DNA of 55,994 nucleotides from Chthoniobacteraceae bacterium (GTDB lineage Bacteria > Verrucomicrobiota > Verrucomicrobiia > Chthoniobacterales > Chthoniobacteraceae). The notes below the pieces were generated by a model. That model did no database searches. It was not told the DNA's origin and worked only from the letters and a program-made list of their open reading frames with translations. Location of the stretch: NCBI GenBank assembly GCA_031409655.1, contig JANNXQ010000090.1, positions 1 to 55,994 on the forward strand. Reading direction: 5' to 3'. Shown here in pieces: positions 21,201 to 29,829 of the stretch (position 1 is the first letter of the stretch; each line of letters opens with the position of its first letter). A program made the translations under genes and the position numbers.

Positions 21201-21352
21201 GCGACGGTCTCCGCGCGGAGGAAGCAAGCGGAGACGAGGAAAAGACACGCCAGAAGCGAGGTGTGCCATGGTGATCCGAAGGGGCGGGTGAGGGGGTAAT
21301 GTGGTTGGTTCATGAGGCGGGTGAGCGCGGGAGAGTGGGAAGATGCGGGCAT
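15257..21352 (-). CDS. Giant secreted multidomain phosphoesterase/nuclease: 2x Ig-like, cadherin-like, PhoX-like, EEP, endonuclease I and C-terminal domains
   Basis: Signal peptide (..SACFLRA-ETV). Two DT.xP...WNFxT Ig repeats. PhoX-like motifs PDGLG, FMNHE, CSA, WEN, RPED, PDNLD, QED, WESSG and VQAH. EEP motifs ATFN, LLNEFD, SHPTPPVFD, GDQNAD and DHHLV. Endonuclease I motifs WNREHVWPRS, DLHHL, NSLRSN and QGNRNPFID. Alternative start at 21313. Confidence 0.88.
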   Translation of the reverse strand: MPASSHSPALTRLMNQPHYPLTRPFGSPWHTSLLACLFLVSACFLRAETVAYWSFNTLSIATASNPGTGGVPTSIPASQGTGTLSLTGYLGTVDDFAGSTINVQGSDPAEESLSLVAGGSAAPFPGNGSYVELQLNLADHADPIVTFATRGTGTGFSSGVWSYSVGGGAFTTIAGVNTATTSTTFAVATVNLSAINAVDGQANVRLRYIVSGATSSSGNNRIDNLLVSATVTADTVAPLVTGLAPLDNATNVPVTATPTVTFNEAVKKGASGNIVLRRSSNGTAFETIAIASSQVAVSGAAVTITPSTNFANSTGYYMEIAAGAIEDLAGNDYVGLSGAAAWNFTTAAPSAQPTATETFTTQTRVTQTGSSATVDYYGEGSGQGTFAVYGFGTFNFTKLDFGLSGASTITGITSLEFTLRQNNRSFTTGTQLEFFLTTDSSAGKTFNSTFPNGIDPAQYTFAPISLGQFTYTPTPTDPTFNTFTLNLSAAASALISRLNTGEDFSIILAAVNAPDAITFSGKGNTFDPGDPQLKFTVTETTGVDTTPPTVAFFTPADGSGGLPISSNLKVSFNELIQKGAGTITIFRADSSAFETISVASAQVTVNLGTVTIDPASPLDSAGSYYVQITPGAIEDVSGNDFAGIADTTTWNFSTAQPPITNVGPFSISQNAPAGTVVGSLNPAVLGKEGIKYAILGGSGGSTLMKGEPGEGYVVNPIWTIGDTLEGATGALNASSAGNFSPVGTPDGLGAYSLNANTVRVFMNHEIEVPTTGTAGYPFTLSNGTILNKGGARITYFDIDKASRRVVDAGLAIARMYDRNGAVVTSPSQLELGGLDRMCSASLFEPNLFGAGRGLVNRIYITGEETATSFGHPHGGTYWALDTSNGDFWALPDLGRGSWENAALVDTGTTTHVAFLLGDDAQSTPLYLYVGVKDTAVGANFIQRNGLSGGQLYVWKATNGNTTPQQFNGTGATRAGTWVAIDAKNAAAVGMVGHDAAGYKNDTTLHIEADSLGAFSFSRPEDLSTSPTDGSIVAFASTGRGSLFPADNWGDTYIIDIDFTAGVPTAGALRILYDGDDAGGGQFMTPEEGLRCPDNLDWADDGSIYVQEDQSNQTGTFGAAGEETSIWRLNATTGQAVRVAQTDRSTVLPLGSTDGNTGDFGNWESSGIIDVSALFGEAVGTLFLFDVQAHSITNGLISAKTLYEGGQLCFLERGLEKGAFKVNPNTGVITLANPAALSAATQPTHELRLQAFDGTNVTLDTITINVTNTGVTLSNNFKAATFNTSLYRDTASTLINDLATPVSNTNAQHIARIIQRNNPDVILLNEFDYDDAGRAVRRFQENYLEVGQSGEAPVYYPYAFFAPVNTGVHSGFDLDNNGTVVSTPGATGYGEDAFGFGLHPGQYGMVVLSKFPIDTANARTFQKFLWKDMPGALLPDNPNSAGPADWYSPAELNVFRLSSKTHMDVPVLVNGTPVHILASHPTPPVFDEGPPWITGVDHNGRRNSDEIRFWSDYITPANSAYIYDDTETPATASGGLPVNSRFIIVGDQNADNNEGDSTDPAIKQLIGGVATVGGAPIPANILVNSAFVPGGGSGPQPDDTAAFSGGVRVDYALPSAFGLTVQSGGVFWPGAGDPITGSLGATDHHLVFVNLTLTGVDLPPNTSLANYYAPAQGLTGAALQTALQNIIDDHVILDYGIIDDLMRVIDEAAGDSTAVRLLYSLANLPKTSSQWNREHVWPRSDGVGDEGADYSDLHHLFPAKDTVNSLRSNLPFDESANLQSDPFAPESFKDNDSWEPLDRDKGVVARAQLYMMTRYDGSDALTTDLLLANNTAPVGTQGVLSTLLAWHRASLPSDYERSRNNAIYGGVTVGGTTYAQGNRNPFIDIPQFADGIFLGPGATSFSKWQLLNFTIAQLLNPAISGATANPDGDERNNYAEFLLNGNPLNADDAPVGVTADLDTNTVTIVFDRPKALVPETAAIQTSTTLADGSWTTILNWQLSATVTDLGDFERVTYIGTFDPVATPRLFWRVRFQ

Positions 21353-21435
21353 GGCGCACCGGAGACGCGGGTGAGCCGCGGGGCGGGTGCTCTAAACGTG
21401 AGGGGACTTTCTCCGGGTGACCGGTCGAGCCCCGT

Positions 21436-23427
21436 TCAGGCGCGGAGGGTGGCGAGGCCGGAGTGGCGGTGGGCGCGGCGAGCGACTTGTTCCCGGCGCC
21501 GTTCCCGCCAGCCGGCGATGCCGAAGAGGGCAAGGGCCGCGAGCGTGCCGGTGGGCTCCGGCACCGGGACGACTTCCCCGAGAGAGCCGACAAAGGTTCC
21601 GGTGCCGAGGAAGCCGGTGCCCGCGCCGCTGAAGAAGCTGATCTGGTCGAGCTGCGCCGAGGTGAGCGACGAGCTGTCGCTGCCGAAAAGCAATTGATCG
21701 GCGCCGCCGCCGGTAGTGAGTCCGGCCCAGTTATAAATGGAGAGGGTCGTGCCGACGGCCCAGGTGGCGAGCTGGCTTGCCCCGAAGTTGAGGACGGCGT
21801 TGCCGGAGGCGAAGTCGATGATCGAGTTGGCCGCGAGGGTCAGTGCGCCGGTACCAGGAGAGGAACCTTCGGTCACGTTGCCAAAGAATGCTATGGTGCC
21901 GCCGCCGAGCGTGACGGTTGCGGAATCGTTGATGCGGTTGGTGGTGCCGGTGTTGCTCAGGAGAAGGGTGCCGCCGGAGTTGACAGTCACGCCGGTCGTG
22001 CTGCCGAGCGCGTTGTTGGCAGCGGCTTCCAAGGTGCCAGCGCTGACCGTGGTTGTTCCGGTGTACGTGTTCGAGCCCGTAAGAGTCAGTTTCGCCGAGC
22101 CATTTTTTGCCAATGCACCGGTACCTGTAATCGTACTAGTCAGAGTGGAAACTGCGCCAACGCCATAAGTGCCATCCGTCGTCTGATTTACCGTGAGCGC
22201 CGTTCCGTTTAGTGTGACGGTTTGGGTTTGAGTCCCGGAAACCGCGGTGAATTGGCTGGTTAGTCCGCCAATGGTTTGTGCGCTGTTGTTCAACGTTAAC
22301 GCGGTGTTGTTCGTTGCGGTCTGAAACATGGTCAGCGCGCCGGTACCCAAGGACGAGCCACTGTTGACGGTCACGGTGCCATTACCGATCTGGGTGCCGC
22401 CGGTAGCCGTGTTGCTGGTGCCGCTGAGGATCAGATTTCCCGCGGCTTGCTTCAAAAGCTGGCCAGAGCCAGACAGGTTCCCGGCAAGAGTCAGACTGCC
22501 CGATGGACCATTGGCTTCGATGCGCGCAGCAGCATTGATTGCAATGTTCTGGTTCATCGTCACCGCGATGTTGCTCGTTTGCAGGTCAATGGCGGGGTTC
22601 GTGGTGGCGGTCGGATTGATCGTGACAGTCTGGCCAGAAGAACCAAATGTCCCGGCCGTAGAAAAGCGAAGCCGCCCATCCCCACTGATGGACATGTTTC
22701 CGGTAGTTGGCAGCGATGTAGATGCACCAAAACGGAGTTTTCCGGCCCCTGAGATATCGATGCCACCGGTAAAGGTGTTCGCGCCCGTGAGAATAAGATC
22801 ACCGGTGCCTGTGCCGAGGACGCCCAACTTGCGTGCCCCTCCAATCTCATTGATAACCGAGGAAATCGCGACATTGCCGGAGCCGGTTATCGCGACATTG
22901 TTCGCAGTTGTGTTCGTCAGTTGGAGGGCCATCGTCTGATTGCCCGAGCCTTGTATATTCTGAATGGTGAAGCTCTGACTGCTATCGTTCTGGAGAATGA
23001 CGTTGGAGTTGGCTCCGATGGTCGCGCCCAGCAAGCGTAGAGTCCCCGTTGCACCAGAGGTTCCCGAGCTGTTTCCGACGATAAACGCTGCGGCGCGGGC
23101 TGAGGTTACTTGGATGGCGGCGGCCTCCTGGACGCGTTGGCCATTCACTTGCGTGCCGGCGTTAGTCGTGCTGTTGAAGTTTATCCCCACCCCGGTGGCT
23201 GCCGTCGGGTTTGTGCCAAACTGTGCTACTTGGCCGGCGGTCGGGACCGCACTACCTGTCCAGTTCGTTCCGGTAAGCCAAGCGGAGCCACCTGCGGAGG
23301 ACCAAAGAACCTGAGCGTGCGAGGCGCTGACGCCTGCAAAGGCGGCGATAGCGAAGGTGAGGAAGTGGCCGCGCGGGGTGCGGGCACGGGCACGATTAGG
23401 AAGGAACAAAGAGGGCGTCGTCGTCAT
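21436..23427 (-). CDS. PEP-CTERM surface protein with autotransporter-associated beta-strand repeats
   Basis: Signal peptide; LILTGANTFTGG, LILSGTSNTATGG and LTLTGSNTYTGTT repeats; C-terminal VPEP-TM-WRERRR. Confidence 0.92.
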   Translation of the reverse strand: MTTTPSLFLPNRARARTPRGHFLTFAIAAFAGVSASHAQVLWSSAGGSAWLTGTNWTGSAVPTAGQVAQFGTNPTAATGVGINFNSTTNAGTQVNGQRVQEAAAIQVTSARAAAFIVGNSSGTSGATGTLRLLGATIGANSNVILQNDSSQSFTIQNIQGSGNQTMALQLTNTTANNVAITGSGNVAISSVINEIGGARKLGVLGTGTGDLILTGANTFTGGIDISGAGKLRFGASTSLPTTGNMSISGDGRLRFSTAGTFGSSGQTVTINPTATTNPAIDLQTSNIAVTMNQNIAINAAARIEANGPSGSLTLAGNLSGSGQLLKQAAGNLILSGTSNTATGGTQIGNGTVTVNSGSSLGTGALTMFQTATNNTALTLNNSAQTIGGLTSQFTAVSGTQTQTVTLNGTALTVNQTTDGTYGVGAVSTLTSTITGTGALAKNGSAKLTLTGSNTYTGTTTVSAGTLEAAANNALGSTTGVTVNSGGTLLLSNTGTTNRINDSATVTLGGGTIAFFGNVTEGSSPGTGALTLAANSIIDFASGNAVLNFGASQLATWAVGTTLSIYNWAGLTTGGGADQLLFGSDSSSLTSAQLDQISFFSGAGTGFLGTGTFVGSLGEVVPVPEPTGTLAALALFGIAGWRERRREQVARRAHRHSGLATLRA

Positions 23428-24006
23428 GGGGATGAGTACCGTGGTTGGTCTATGGATGCGGAGATAGAGAGTGGTTGCGGTTCCCAGTCAGGAGGGGGAC
23501 GGCGAGTGCCGCATTGACTGGACTGATGCTTTTCGCTTGAGACGCGCAGTTCTTAGGCGACCGCTCGCACCGCGATCAACGTTGCAACTGTAACTTTACC
23601 GAGACGGGCTGACGACGTTTGTGCCGATTGTTTGACGGTGTTGAGCGAGAAAAAATTCTCGTGCGCAAACGAGGCTTGATGGAGATGCGGTTACTGCGAA
23701 CGCAGGAGCATCGAAAGGCTAGTGCGCCGTCCTTTCGACAAAGGCCGGCCCATCGGCGTGAACGGGTTTCCGGTCGCAGTGGGGCCGGGTATGAGCTTTG
23801 CGAGGCGAACATCCTGCCTGGAAATTCGGAAAGGTTTTCGCGGAACCGATCGCTCGCGGTCGTAACGAACGATGCGGACCTGGTAACAGGCAGTTCATTC
23901 CCAATTCTCGTAGTGCCCGAACGGTCGCTTGCCGGGCTTGATGATGCCGAGCTGCCGTGTTGCGCGAGTCGCAGGTTGCGGAGCCGCTAAGCAGCGATGC
24001 GGTGCC

Positions 24007-24459
24007 TTAGCGCATCGCCAAGGCGGTATTCTTGTAGCGCGGATCGTCGGTGACATCTTCACCGAGCCACTGGGGCGGGACGAAGGCGCGGCACTCGTCC
24101 TCACTTTCAAATTCGACTTCGGCAACGACGAGTCCGTCGTGTTTGTCGTGAAAGATATCGATTTCGACGATGTGTTTTTCGAAGGGCAGGTGGCAGCGGG
24201 ACTTATGAATCCGACGGCCCTCGGTGAGCGGCCAGAGGTCGGCGAAATCGGCGGCGGTCAGGGCAATGGTCACTTCCTCCCTGGCCATTCCATCGCGCAG
24301 CTTGACGGTGAGCGAGTGATCCTCACCGATGCGCCGGAGACGCACTTGCCGGTTGCCGGGCTCGTAGGCAAGGTATCCCTGATGGATCTCGGCCCGTGGT
24401 GCGCCGGCAAATTCGATGAGCGGAATTTTGATGAGGAACTTGCGTTCGATCTCCAGCAT
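24007..24459 (-). CDS. CYTH-domain protein (triphosphate tunnel metalloenzyme)
   Basis: Start MLEIERKFL (ExExK); IHQGYL, VRLR, AEVEF and WLGEDVTDDPRYKN. Confidence 0.9.
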   Translation of the reverse strand: MLEIERKFLIKIPLIEFAGAPRAEIHQGYLAYEPGNRQVRLRRIGEDHSLTVKLRDGMAREEVTIALTAADFADLWPLTEGRRIHKSRCHLPFEKHIVEIDIFHDKHDGLVVAEVEFESEDECRAFVPPQWLGEDVTDDPRYKNTALAMR

Positions 24460-24646
24460 GAGGCGACAAGGAAAATGGGCGGGGAGGGTGTGGCAAAACC
24501 GGGTCCGAATCTCAGATCGGCTGGTATCGGCGGTCGTGCGGATTGCCGAGCGTGCCAATGTAACTTTTTGATGGCAGCGTGGCTCCCTCATCATGGCGGG
24601 GAATGGGCTTGGCACCCAGCGATCGGCACCCCGATGATTTCCTTTT

Positions 24647-26638
24647 ATGGCCCGCCAATACATGCTCCACCGCCACGCCGCGCCTCCAGGGCCGCGGATC
24701 GACTTTGCCGCGGAGCTGAATGCGCAGCAGTGTGCGGCGGTGACGGCGGCGCCGGGGCCGGCGCTGGTGATCGCGGGGGCGGGGAGTGGGAAGACGCGGA
24801 CGCTGACGTATCGGGTGGCATATCTGATCGAGAATGGGATCTCGCCGCAGAATATCTTGCTCCTCACTTTCACGAATAAGGCGGCGCGGGCGATGCTGGA
24901 CCGGGTGGCGGGGCTGCTGCCGACTGATATGACGGGACTGTGGGGGGGCACTTTTCATTCGATCGGGAATCGCATCCTGCGGCGCCATCCGGTGGAGGCG
25001 GGGTTTGCGCCGGGTTTTTCGATCATGGACAGGGAGGATCAGCAGGATCTGCTGGATGCGGTGATTCCCACTCTGGGCTTTGATCCGAAGGATAAGCGGT
25101 TTCCGAAAGGGGAGGTGCTGGCGGATATCTTCAGCTTTTCGCTGAATACGGGGCGGAGTATCGAGGATGTGCTGGTGGAGAAGTATCCGCACTTCCTCGA
25201 ATTTTCCGAGGAGATCGCGGCGGCGCAGCAGAAGTATGAGGCGAAGAAGAAGCAGGCGAACTCGCTGGATTTTGATGATCTGCTGGAGAAGACGCTGCTG
25301 CTTTTGCAAAAGGACGCGGCGATCGCGGAGCGCTATCAGCGGCAGTTTCAATTCGTGCTCGTGGATGAGTATCAGGACACGAATCGCATCCAGGCGGATT
25401 TCATCGACATCCTGGCGAAGCATCATCGCAATGTGATGGTGGTGGGGGACGACGCGCAGAGTATCTATGCGTGGCGCGGAGCGAATTTTCAAAACATCCT
25501 CGATTTTCCGAAGCGTTATCCGGAGGCGCAGGTCTTTAAGATCGAGACGAACTACCGGAGTGCGCCGGACATCCTGGAGGTGGCGAATGCGGCGATCGCG
25601 GGGAATGTGAAGCAATTTAAGAAGGAGCTGGTGAGTGTGCGTCCGGCGGCGGCGATGCGGCCGGCGCTGGTGCCGCTGGGGGATTCGAGTCAGCAGGCGC
25701 AATTCATCGCGCAGCGCATCCTGGATCTGCGGGAGGAGGGGTTGGAACTGCGGGAGATCGCGGTGCTTTATCGCGCGCATTATCACTCGATGGAGGTGCA
25801 GATGGAGCTGACGCGGCACGGCATCCCGTATCAGATCACGAGTGGGCTGCGTTTCTTCGAGCAGGCGCATGTGAAGGATGTGGCGGCGTTCCTGAAATTT
25901 GTGGTGAACCCGCGCGATGAGGTGGCGTTCAAGCGGATGGTGCGGCTGCTGCCAGGGATCGGGAATCGCAGTGCAGATCAGCTTTGGACGAGCCTGGAGA
26001 AGGCGGAGGATGCGGCGGGCTACGGCGCGCTGCTCGTGGGGATGAAGGTGCCGGCGAAGGCGCAGAAGGCCTGGGAGCAACTGGCGCACACGCTGGAGGA
26101 GATCGCGCCGGGGCGGAAGCCGAACCCGCCGGCGGAGATGATCCACAGCGTGATCGAGGCGATCTACGCGGACTATGCGCAGGCGAAGTTTCCCAACTAC
26201 GAATCGCGCCGCGAAGACCTGAACACGCTGGCGAATTTTGCGAAGCAGTATGAGAACGCGGGCGACTTCCTGGACCAGCTCGCGCTGCTCACGAATCTCG
26301 ACAATGAAGCCTCCGCCGGGACGGACGACGACGAGATGGTGACGCTCTCCAGTGTTCATCAGGCGAAGGGGCTGGAGTGGAAGGCGGTCTTCGTGATCTG
26401 GATGAGCGATGGGATGTTTCCCAGTATGCGCAGTCTGGAAAGTGCGGACGCGATCGAGGAGGAGCGCCGGCTTTTCTACGTGGCGGTGACGCGGGCGAAG
26501 GATGAGCTGTATCTCACGTATCCGCTCCTGCGGCTGAATGCGGGCTACGGGGAGATGATGCAGCGGCCGTCGCGCTTCCTCGGGGAACTGCCAAAGGGGC
26601 TGCTGGAGGAATGGCAGATCGGCGGCGCGAGCTGGTAG
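24647..26638 (+). CDS. UvrD/PcrA/Rep-family SF1A DNA helicase
   Basis: AGAGSGKT, TFTNKAA, VDEYQDTN, VGDDAQSIY, NYRS, HQAKGLE and EERRLFYVAVTRA. Confidence 0.95.
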   Translation: MARQYMLHRHAAPPGPRIDFAAELNAQQCAAVTAAPGPALVIAGAGSGKTRTLTYRVAYLIENGISPQNILLLTFTNKAARAMLDRVAGLLPTDMTGLWGGTFHSIGNRILRRHPVEAGFAPGFSIMDREDQQDLLDAVIPTLGFDPKDKRFPKGEVLADIFSFSLNTGRSIEDVLVEKYPHFLEFSEEIAAAQQKYEAKKKQANSLDFDDLLEKTLLLLQKDAAIAERYQRQFQFVLVDEYQDTNRIQADFIDILAKHHRNVMVVGDDAQSIYAWRGANFQNILDFPKRYPEAQVFKIETNYRSAPDILEVANAAIAGNVKQFKKELVSVRPAAAMRPALVPLGDSSQQAQFIAQRILDLREEGLELREIAVLYRAHYHSMEVQMELTRHGIPYQITSGLRFFEQAHVKDVAAFLKFVVNPRDEVAFKRMVRLLPGIGNRSADQLWTSLEKAEDAAGYGALLVGMKVPAKAQKAWEQLAHTLEEIAPGRKPNPPAEMIHSVIEAIYADYAQAKFPNYESRREDLNTLANFAKQYENAGDFLDQLALLTNLDNEASAGTDDDEMVTLSSVHQAKGLEWKAVFVIWMSDGMFPSMRSLESADAIEEERRLFYVAVTRAKDELYLTYPLLRLNAGYGEMMQRPSRFLGELPKGLLEEWQIGGASW

Positions 26639-26707
26639 CAGCGTTCCCTTTTTTCCAGCGCGCGGTCTTCGACTCTAAAACGCAGCGCCTTCGCCGGTCC
26701 CTTCCTC

Positions 26708-29700
26708 ATGACACGTTCCCGCTCCTGCTCCGTGGCCCTCGCCGCGCTCGTTTCCTTCGCCCACGCTGCGGAGTTTCCCACGCCGCCAAATACGGAGACG
26801 GATCTCTCGCGGCCCTTGCTGCCCGCGGTGGAGGCGGCGGCGAAAATGACGGTGCCGGCGGGCTGCCAGGTGACGGTCTTTGCCGCGGAGCCGGACGTGC
26901 AAAATCCCATCGCGCTGGCCTGGGATGCGCGCGGGCGGCTGTGGGTGGCGGAGAACTACACCTTCGCCGAACGCGCGGTGCGCTACGACCTCAGTCTGCG
27001 CGATCGCATCCTCATTTTCGAAGACACGGATGGCGACGGGCGCTTTGATCGGCGCACGGTCTTCGCGGACGATCTGCAAATGCTCACGAGCATCGAAGTC
27101 GGGCGCGGCGGGGTGTGGGTGATTGCCTTGCCGCAGGTGCTCTTCATTCCCGATCGCGATGGTGACGATGTCGCGGACGGGCCGATGGAGGCGGTGCTGG
27201 AGGGCTTCCACGCGCCTCTGCAGAATCATCACAACATCGCCAATGGGCTGCGCTTTGGCCCGGATGGCTGGCTGTATGGACGCTGCGGTGCTTCCGGTCC
27301 GGCGGAGGTGAAGGTGGTGGGTGGCGATGGCGAGGCGATCGCGGTGCGCGGCGGGATGTGGCGGTATCATCCGGGGCGGCACGCCTTTGAGGCGATCACG
27401 AGTGGTAATACGAACCCGTGGGGGCACGACTGGAATGAGCACGGCGAACTTTTCTACGTGAATACGGTGAACGGGCATCTCTGGCACGCGGTGGCGGGAG
27501 CGCACTTCGTCCGCGCGCACACCATCGATCCAAATCCGCGCGCTTACGGGCTCATCGATCAATGCGCGGATCACTGGCACTTTGACACGGCGCAGGACTG
27601 GACGAAATCGCGCGACGGCGCGGCGAATGCGCTCGGCGGCGGGCACTCGCACATCGGCGCGATGGTCTATCTCGGCGACAACTGGCCGGCGGAATATCGC
27701 GGTCGGCTGCTCACGCTGAATCAGCACGGGCGGCGGGCGAATGTGGAGATCCTGGAGCGCGCGGGTTCGGGCTATGTGGGTAAGCATGGCGTCGATACGC
27801 TGATTGCGGCGGACCCGTGGTTCCGCGGATTGGACCTCACGTATGGGCCGGACGGCGGGGTCTATGCGTCGGACTGGAGCGACACCGGCGAGTGTCACGA
27901 CGCGACCGGGGTGCATCGGACGAGCGGACGTATTTTCAAGATCACCCACGGCGCGCCGCAGCGTCCGGTGATCGGGGATGTCGCGAAGCTCGGGGTGGCC
28001 GAATTGGTGAAGCTGCACACGCATCCGAATGAATGGTTCTCGCGGCAGGCGAGGCTGGTGCTCGCGGAGAGGCCGAGCGCGGAGGCGGCGGCGGGATTGC
28101 GCGATTTGTTTGCGAAGGGCGCGGACCCAGTGGTGAAGCTGCGCGCGCTCTGGACGCTGTATGCGATGGGCGCGACGGACGAAGCTTTCCTCACCGCGCA
28201 AATGGACCACGCGGATGAGCACGTGCGCACCTGGGCCGTGCGGCTGCTCACGGATGCGTGGCCGCTGGATACGCTCACCTCCGGTCGGCCAAAGGTGGAG
28301 CCCGCGGCGGACGCAGCGCGGAAGCTCCTGCCCGCGCTGGTGCGCAGTGCGCGGGAAGATCGCTCCGGGCTGGTGCGGCTGGCGCTGGCCTCGGCGCTGC
28401 AGCGGCTGCCGCTCGATCTCCGCGCCGAGGTCGCGGGCGAACTCGTCGCGAACCGGGAGGATGCGGAGGATCACAATTTACCGCTGCTCATCTGGTACGG
28501 CCTGATCCCCGTGGAGCCTGCGGCATTGGTGAAAGTCGCCGCGCGTTGCGAGCTGCCGCTGACGCGCCGTTACCTCGCGCGCCGGCTGGCGGAGGATCTC
28601 GAGACGAAGCCCGCGCCGCTCAATGATCTGCTCACGCAAGCGACCCGCTACGAAGACTTCATCGCGGGGATCGCCGAGGCGCTCACCGGCTGGCGCAAGG
28701 CGCCCAAGCCCGCGGTGTGGGAGACGCTCGCCGCGAAGCTTTCCACTGCACCCGATGCTGCGCTGCGCGATCGGGTGCGGGAGTTGAGCGTCGTCTTTGG
28801 GGATGGTCGCGCGCTGGACGACGTGAAGAAGATCGCGCTCGATGGGAAGGCGGAATTCGGTGCCCGCAAGGCCGCGCTGCAGACGCTGATCGACAATCGC
28901 GCGCCCGATCTGCGGGCCATCTGCGAGAAGGTGCTCGAGACGCGTTTCCTCAATCCCGTCGCCGCGCGCGGGCTCGCGACCATCGACGATCCGGCGATCG
29001 GTGCGGTGCTGGTGAAAGCTTACCCAAAGTTCCACCCGACGGAGCGCGCGCAGCTCATTGGCACACTGGTGTCGCGTCCGGCGTATGTGCGGGCCTTGCT
29101 GGATGCCGTGGCGGCGGAGCGCATCCCGCGCGCGGACCTCTCCGCTTTTCACGCCCGCCAGATCCGCAGCTTCAGCGATCCCGAGCTCACGAAGCGCCTG
29201 AGCGCAGTCTGGGGCGAGCTGCGCGAGTCCGGTGCGGACAAAAAGGAGCTGATCGCGAAATGGAAGCAGGTGCTGTCTCCCGCCGCGCTCGCTGCCGCTG
29301 ATAAAAGCGCCGGACGCGCGGTCTTCACGACGGCCTGCGCCACCTGCCACACGCTCTACGGCGCCGGCGGCAAGCTCGGCCCCGATCTCACCGGCTCAGG
29401 CCGCGACAACCTCGACTACCTCGTGGAAAACATCGCCGACCCGAGCGCCGTCGTGAGCGCGGATTTCCGCATGACCGTGCTGCACCTCAAGGACGGACGC
29501 CTGCTCAACGGGATGGTCACGGCCAAGACCGACCGCACGCTGACCCTGCAAACGATGACCGAGAAGACGACCGTCGAGCGCCGCGAGATCGAGAAGATCG
29601 ACGAACTGCCGATGTCCCTGATGCCGGAAGGATTGCCCGAGGCACTGGGGGAAAAGCCGATGCGCGATCTCATCGCTTACCTGATGCACCGGACGCAGGT

Positions 29701-29722
29701 GCCGCTCCCGACCGGGAAGTAG
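26708..29722 (+). CDS. PVC-type heme-binding CxxCH protein (beta-propeller dehydrogenase-like + HEAT repeats + cytochrome c)
   Basis: FAAEPDVQNPI, DTDGDGRFD, GPDGWLY and NPWG; HEAT-like repeats; CATCH, GPDL and SLMPEG. Confidence 0.9.
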   Translation: MTRSRSCSVALAALVSFAHAAEFPTPPNTETDLSRPLLPAVEAAAKMTVPAGCQVTVFAAEPDVQNPIALAWDARGRLWVAENYTFAERAVRYDLSLRDRILIFEDTDGDGRFDRRTVFADDLQMLTSIEVGRGGVWVIALPQVLFIPDRDGDDVADGPMEAVLEGFHAPLQNHHNIANGLRFGPDGWLYGRCGASGPAEVKVVGGDGEAIAVRGGMWRYHPGRHAFEAITSGNTNPWGHDWNEHGELFYVNTVNGHLWHAVAGAHFVRAHTIDPNPRAYGLIDQCADHWHFDTAQDWTKSRDGAANALGGGHSHIGAMVYLGDNWPAEYRGRLLTLNQHGRRANVEILERAGSGYVGKHGVDTLIAADPWFRGLDLTYGPDGGVYASDWSDTGECHDATGVHRTSGRIFKITHGAPQRPVIGDVAKLGVAELVKLHTHPNEWFSRQARLVLAERPSAEAAAGLRDLFAKGADPVVKLRALWTLYAMGATDEAFLTAQMDHADEHVRTWAVRLLTDAWPLDTLTSGRPKVEPAADAARKLLPALVRSAREDRSGLVRLALASALQRLPLDLRAEVAGELVANREDAEDHNLPLLIWYGLIPVEPAALVKVAARCELPLTRRYLARRLAEDLETKPAPLNDLLTQATRYEDFIAGIAEALTGWRKAPKPAVWETLAAKLSTAPDAALRDRVRELSVVFGDGRALDDVKKIALDGKAEFGARKAALQTLIDNRAPDLRAICEKVLETRFLNPVAARGLATIDDPAIGAVLVKAYPKFHPTERAQLIGTLVSRPAYVRALLDAVAAERIPRADLSAFHARQIRSFSDPELTKRLSAVWGELRESGADKKELIAKWKQVLSPAALAAADKSAGRAVFTTACATCHTLYGAGGKLGPDLTGSGRDNLDYLVENIADPSAVVSADFRMTVLHLKDGRLLNGMVTAKTDRTLTLQTMTEKTTVERREIEKIDELPMSLMPEGLPEALGEKPMRDLIAYLMHRTQVPLPTGK

Positions 29723-29751
29723 ACTCAATTGGGTGAGCCCAAAACTTAACT

Positions 29752-29802
29752 GGGGCCGAGGGCGGCCCCACTCCTTGCAAGGAGCCGGGGCGCCCTCGCC
29801 CC
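29752..29802. repeat. Paired inverted REP-like palindromes
   Basis: ggggccgagggcggccccactcc-ttgcaa-ggagccggggcgccctcgcccc, between convergent stop codons. Confidence 0.65.
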
Positions 29803-29829
29803 GTTTCAGAAACCACCCTATTGGCGCGC

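Noticed and set aside
23428..24006. Riboswitch, small ORF or Pho box upstream of the PEP-CTERM/phosphatase cluster
   Set aside because: Only a weak half-site (ctgtaac near 23588) was seen, with no convincing tandem repeat, RNA motif or protein-like ORF.
24512..26359. Long antisense ORFs (this one, and e.g. 3082..4944, 8480..10510, 16151..18304, 26675..28474, 39110..41053)
   Set aside because: They are shadows of well-supported genes on the opposite strand, as expected in high-GC DNA.
24007..26638. UvrD + CYTH as a defence system
   Set aside because: The helicase looks like an ordinary PcrA/UvrD, the genes are divergent, and no partner nuclease is adjacent.
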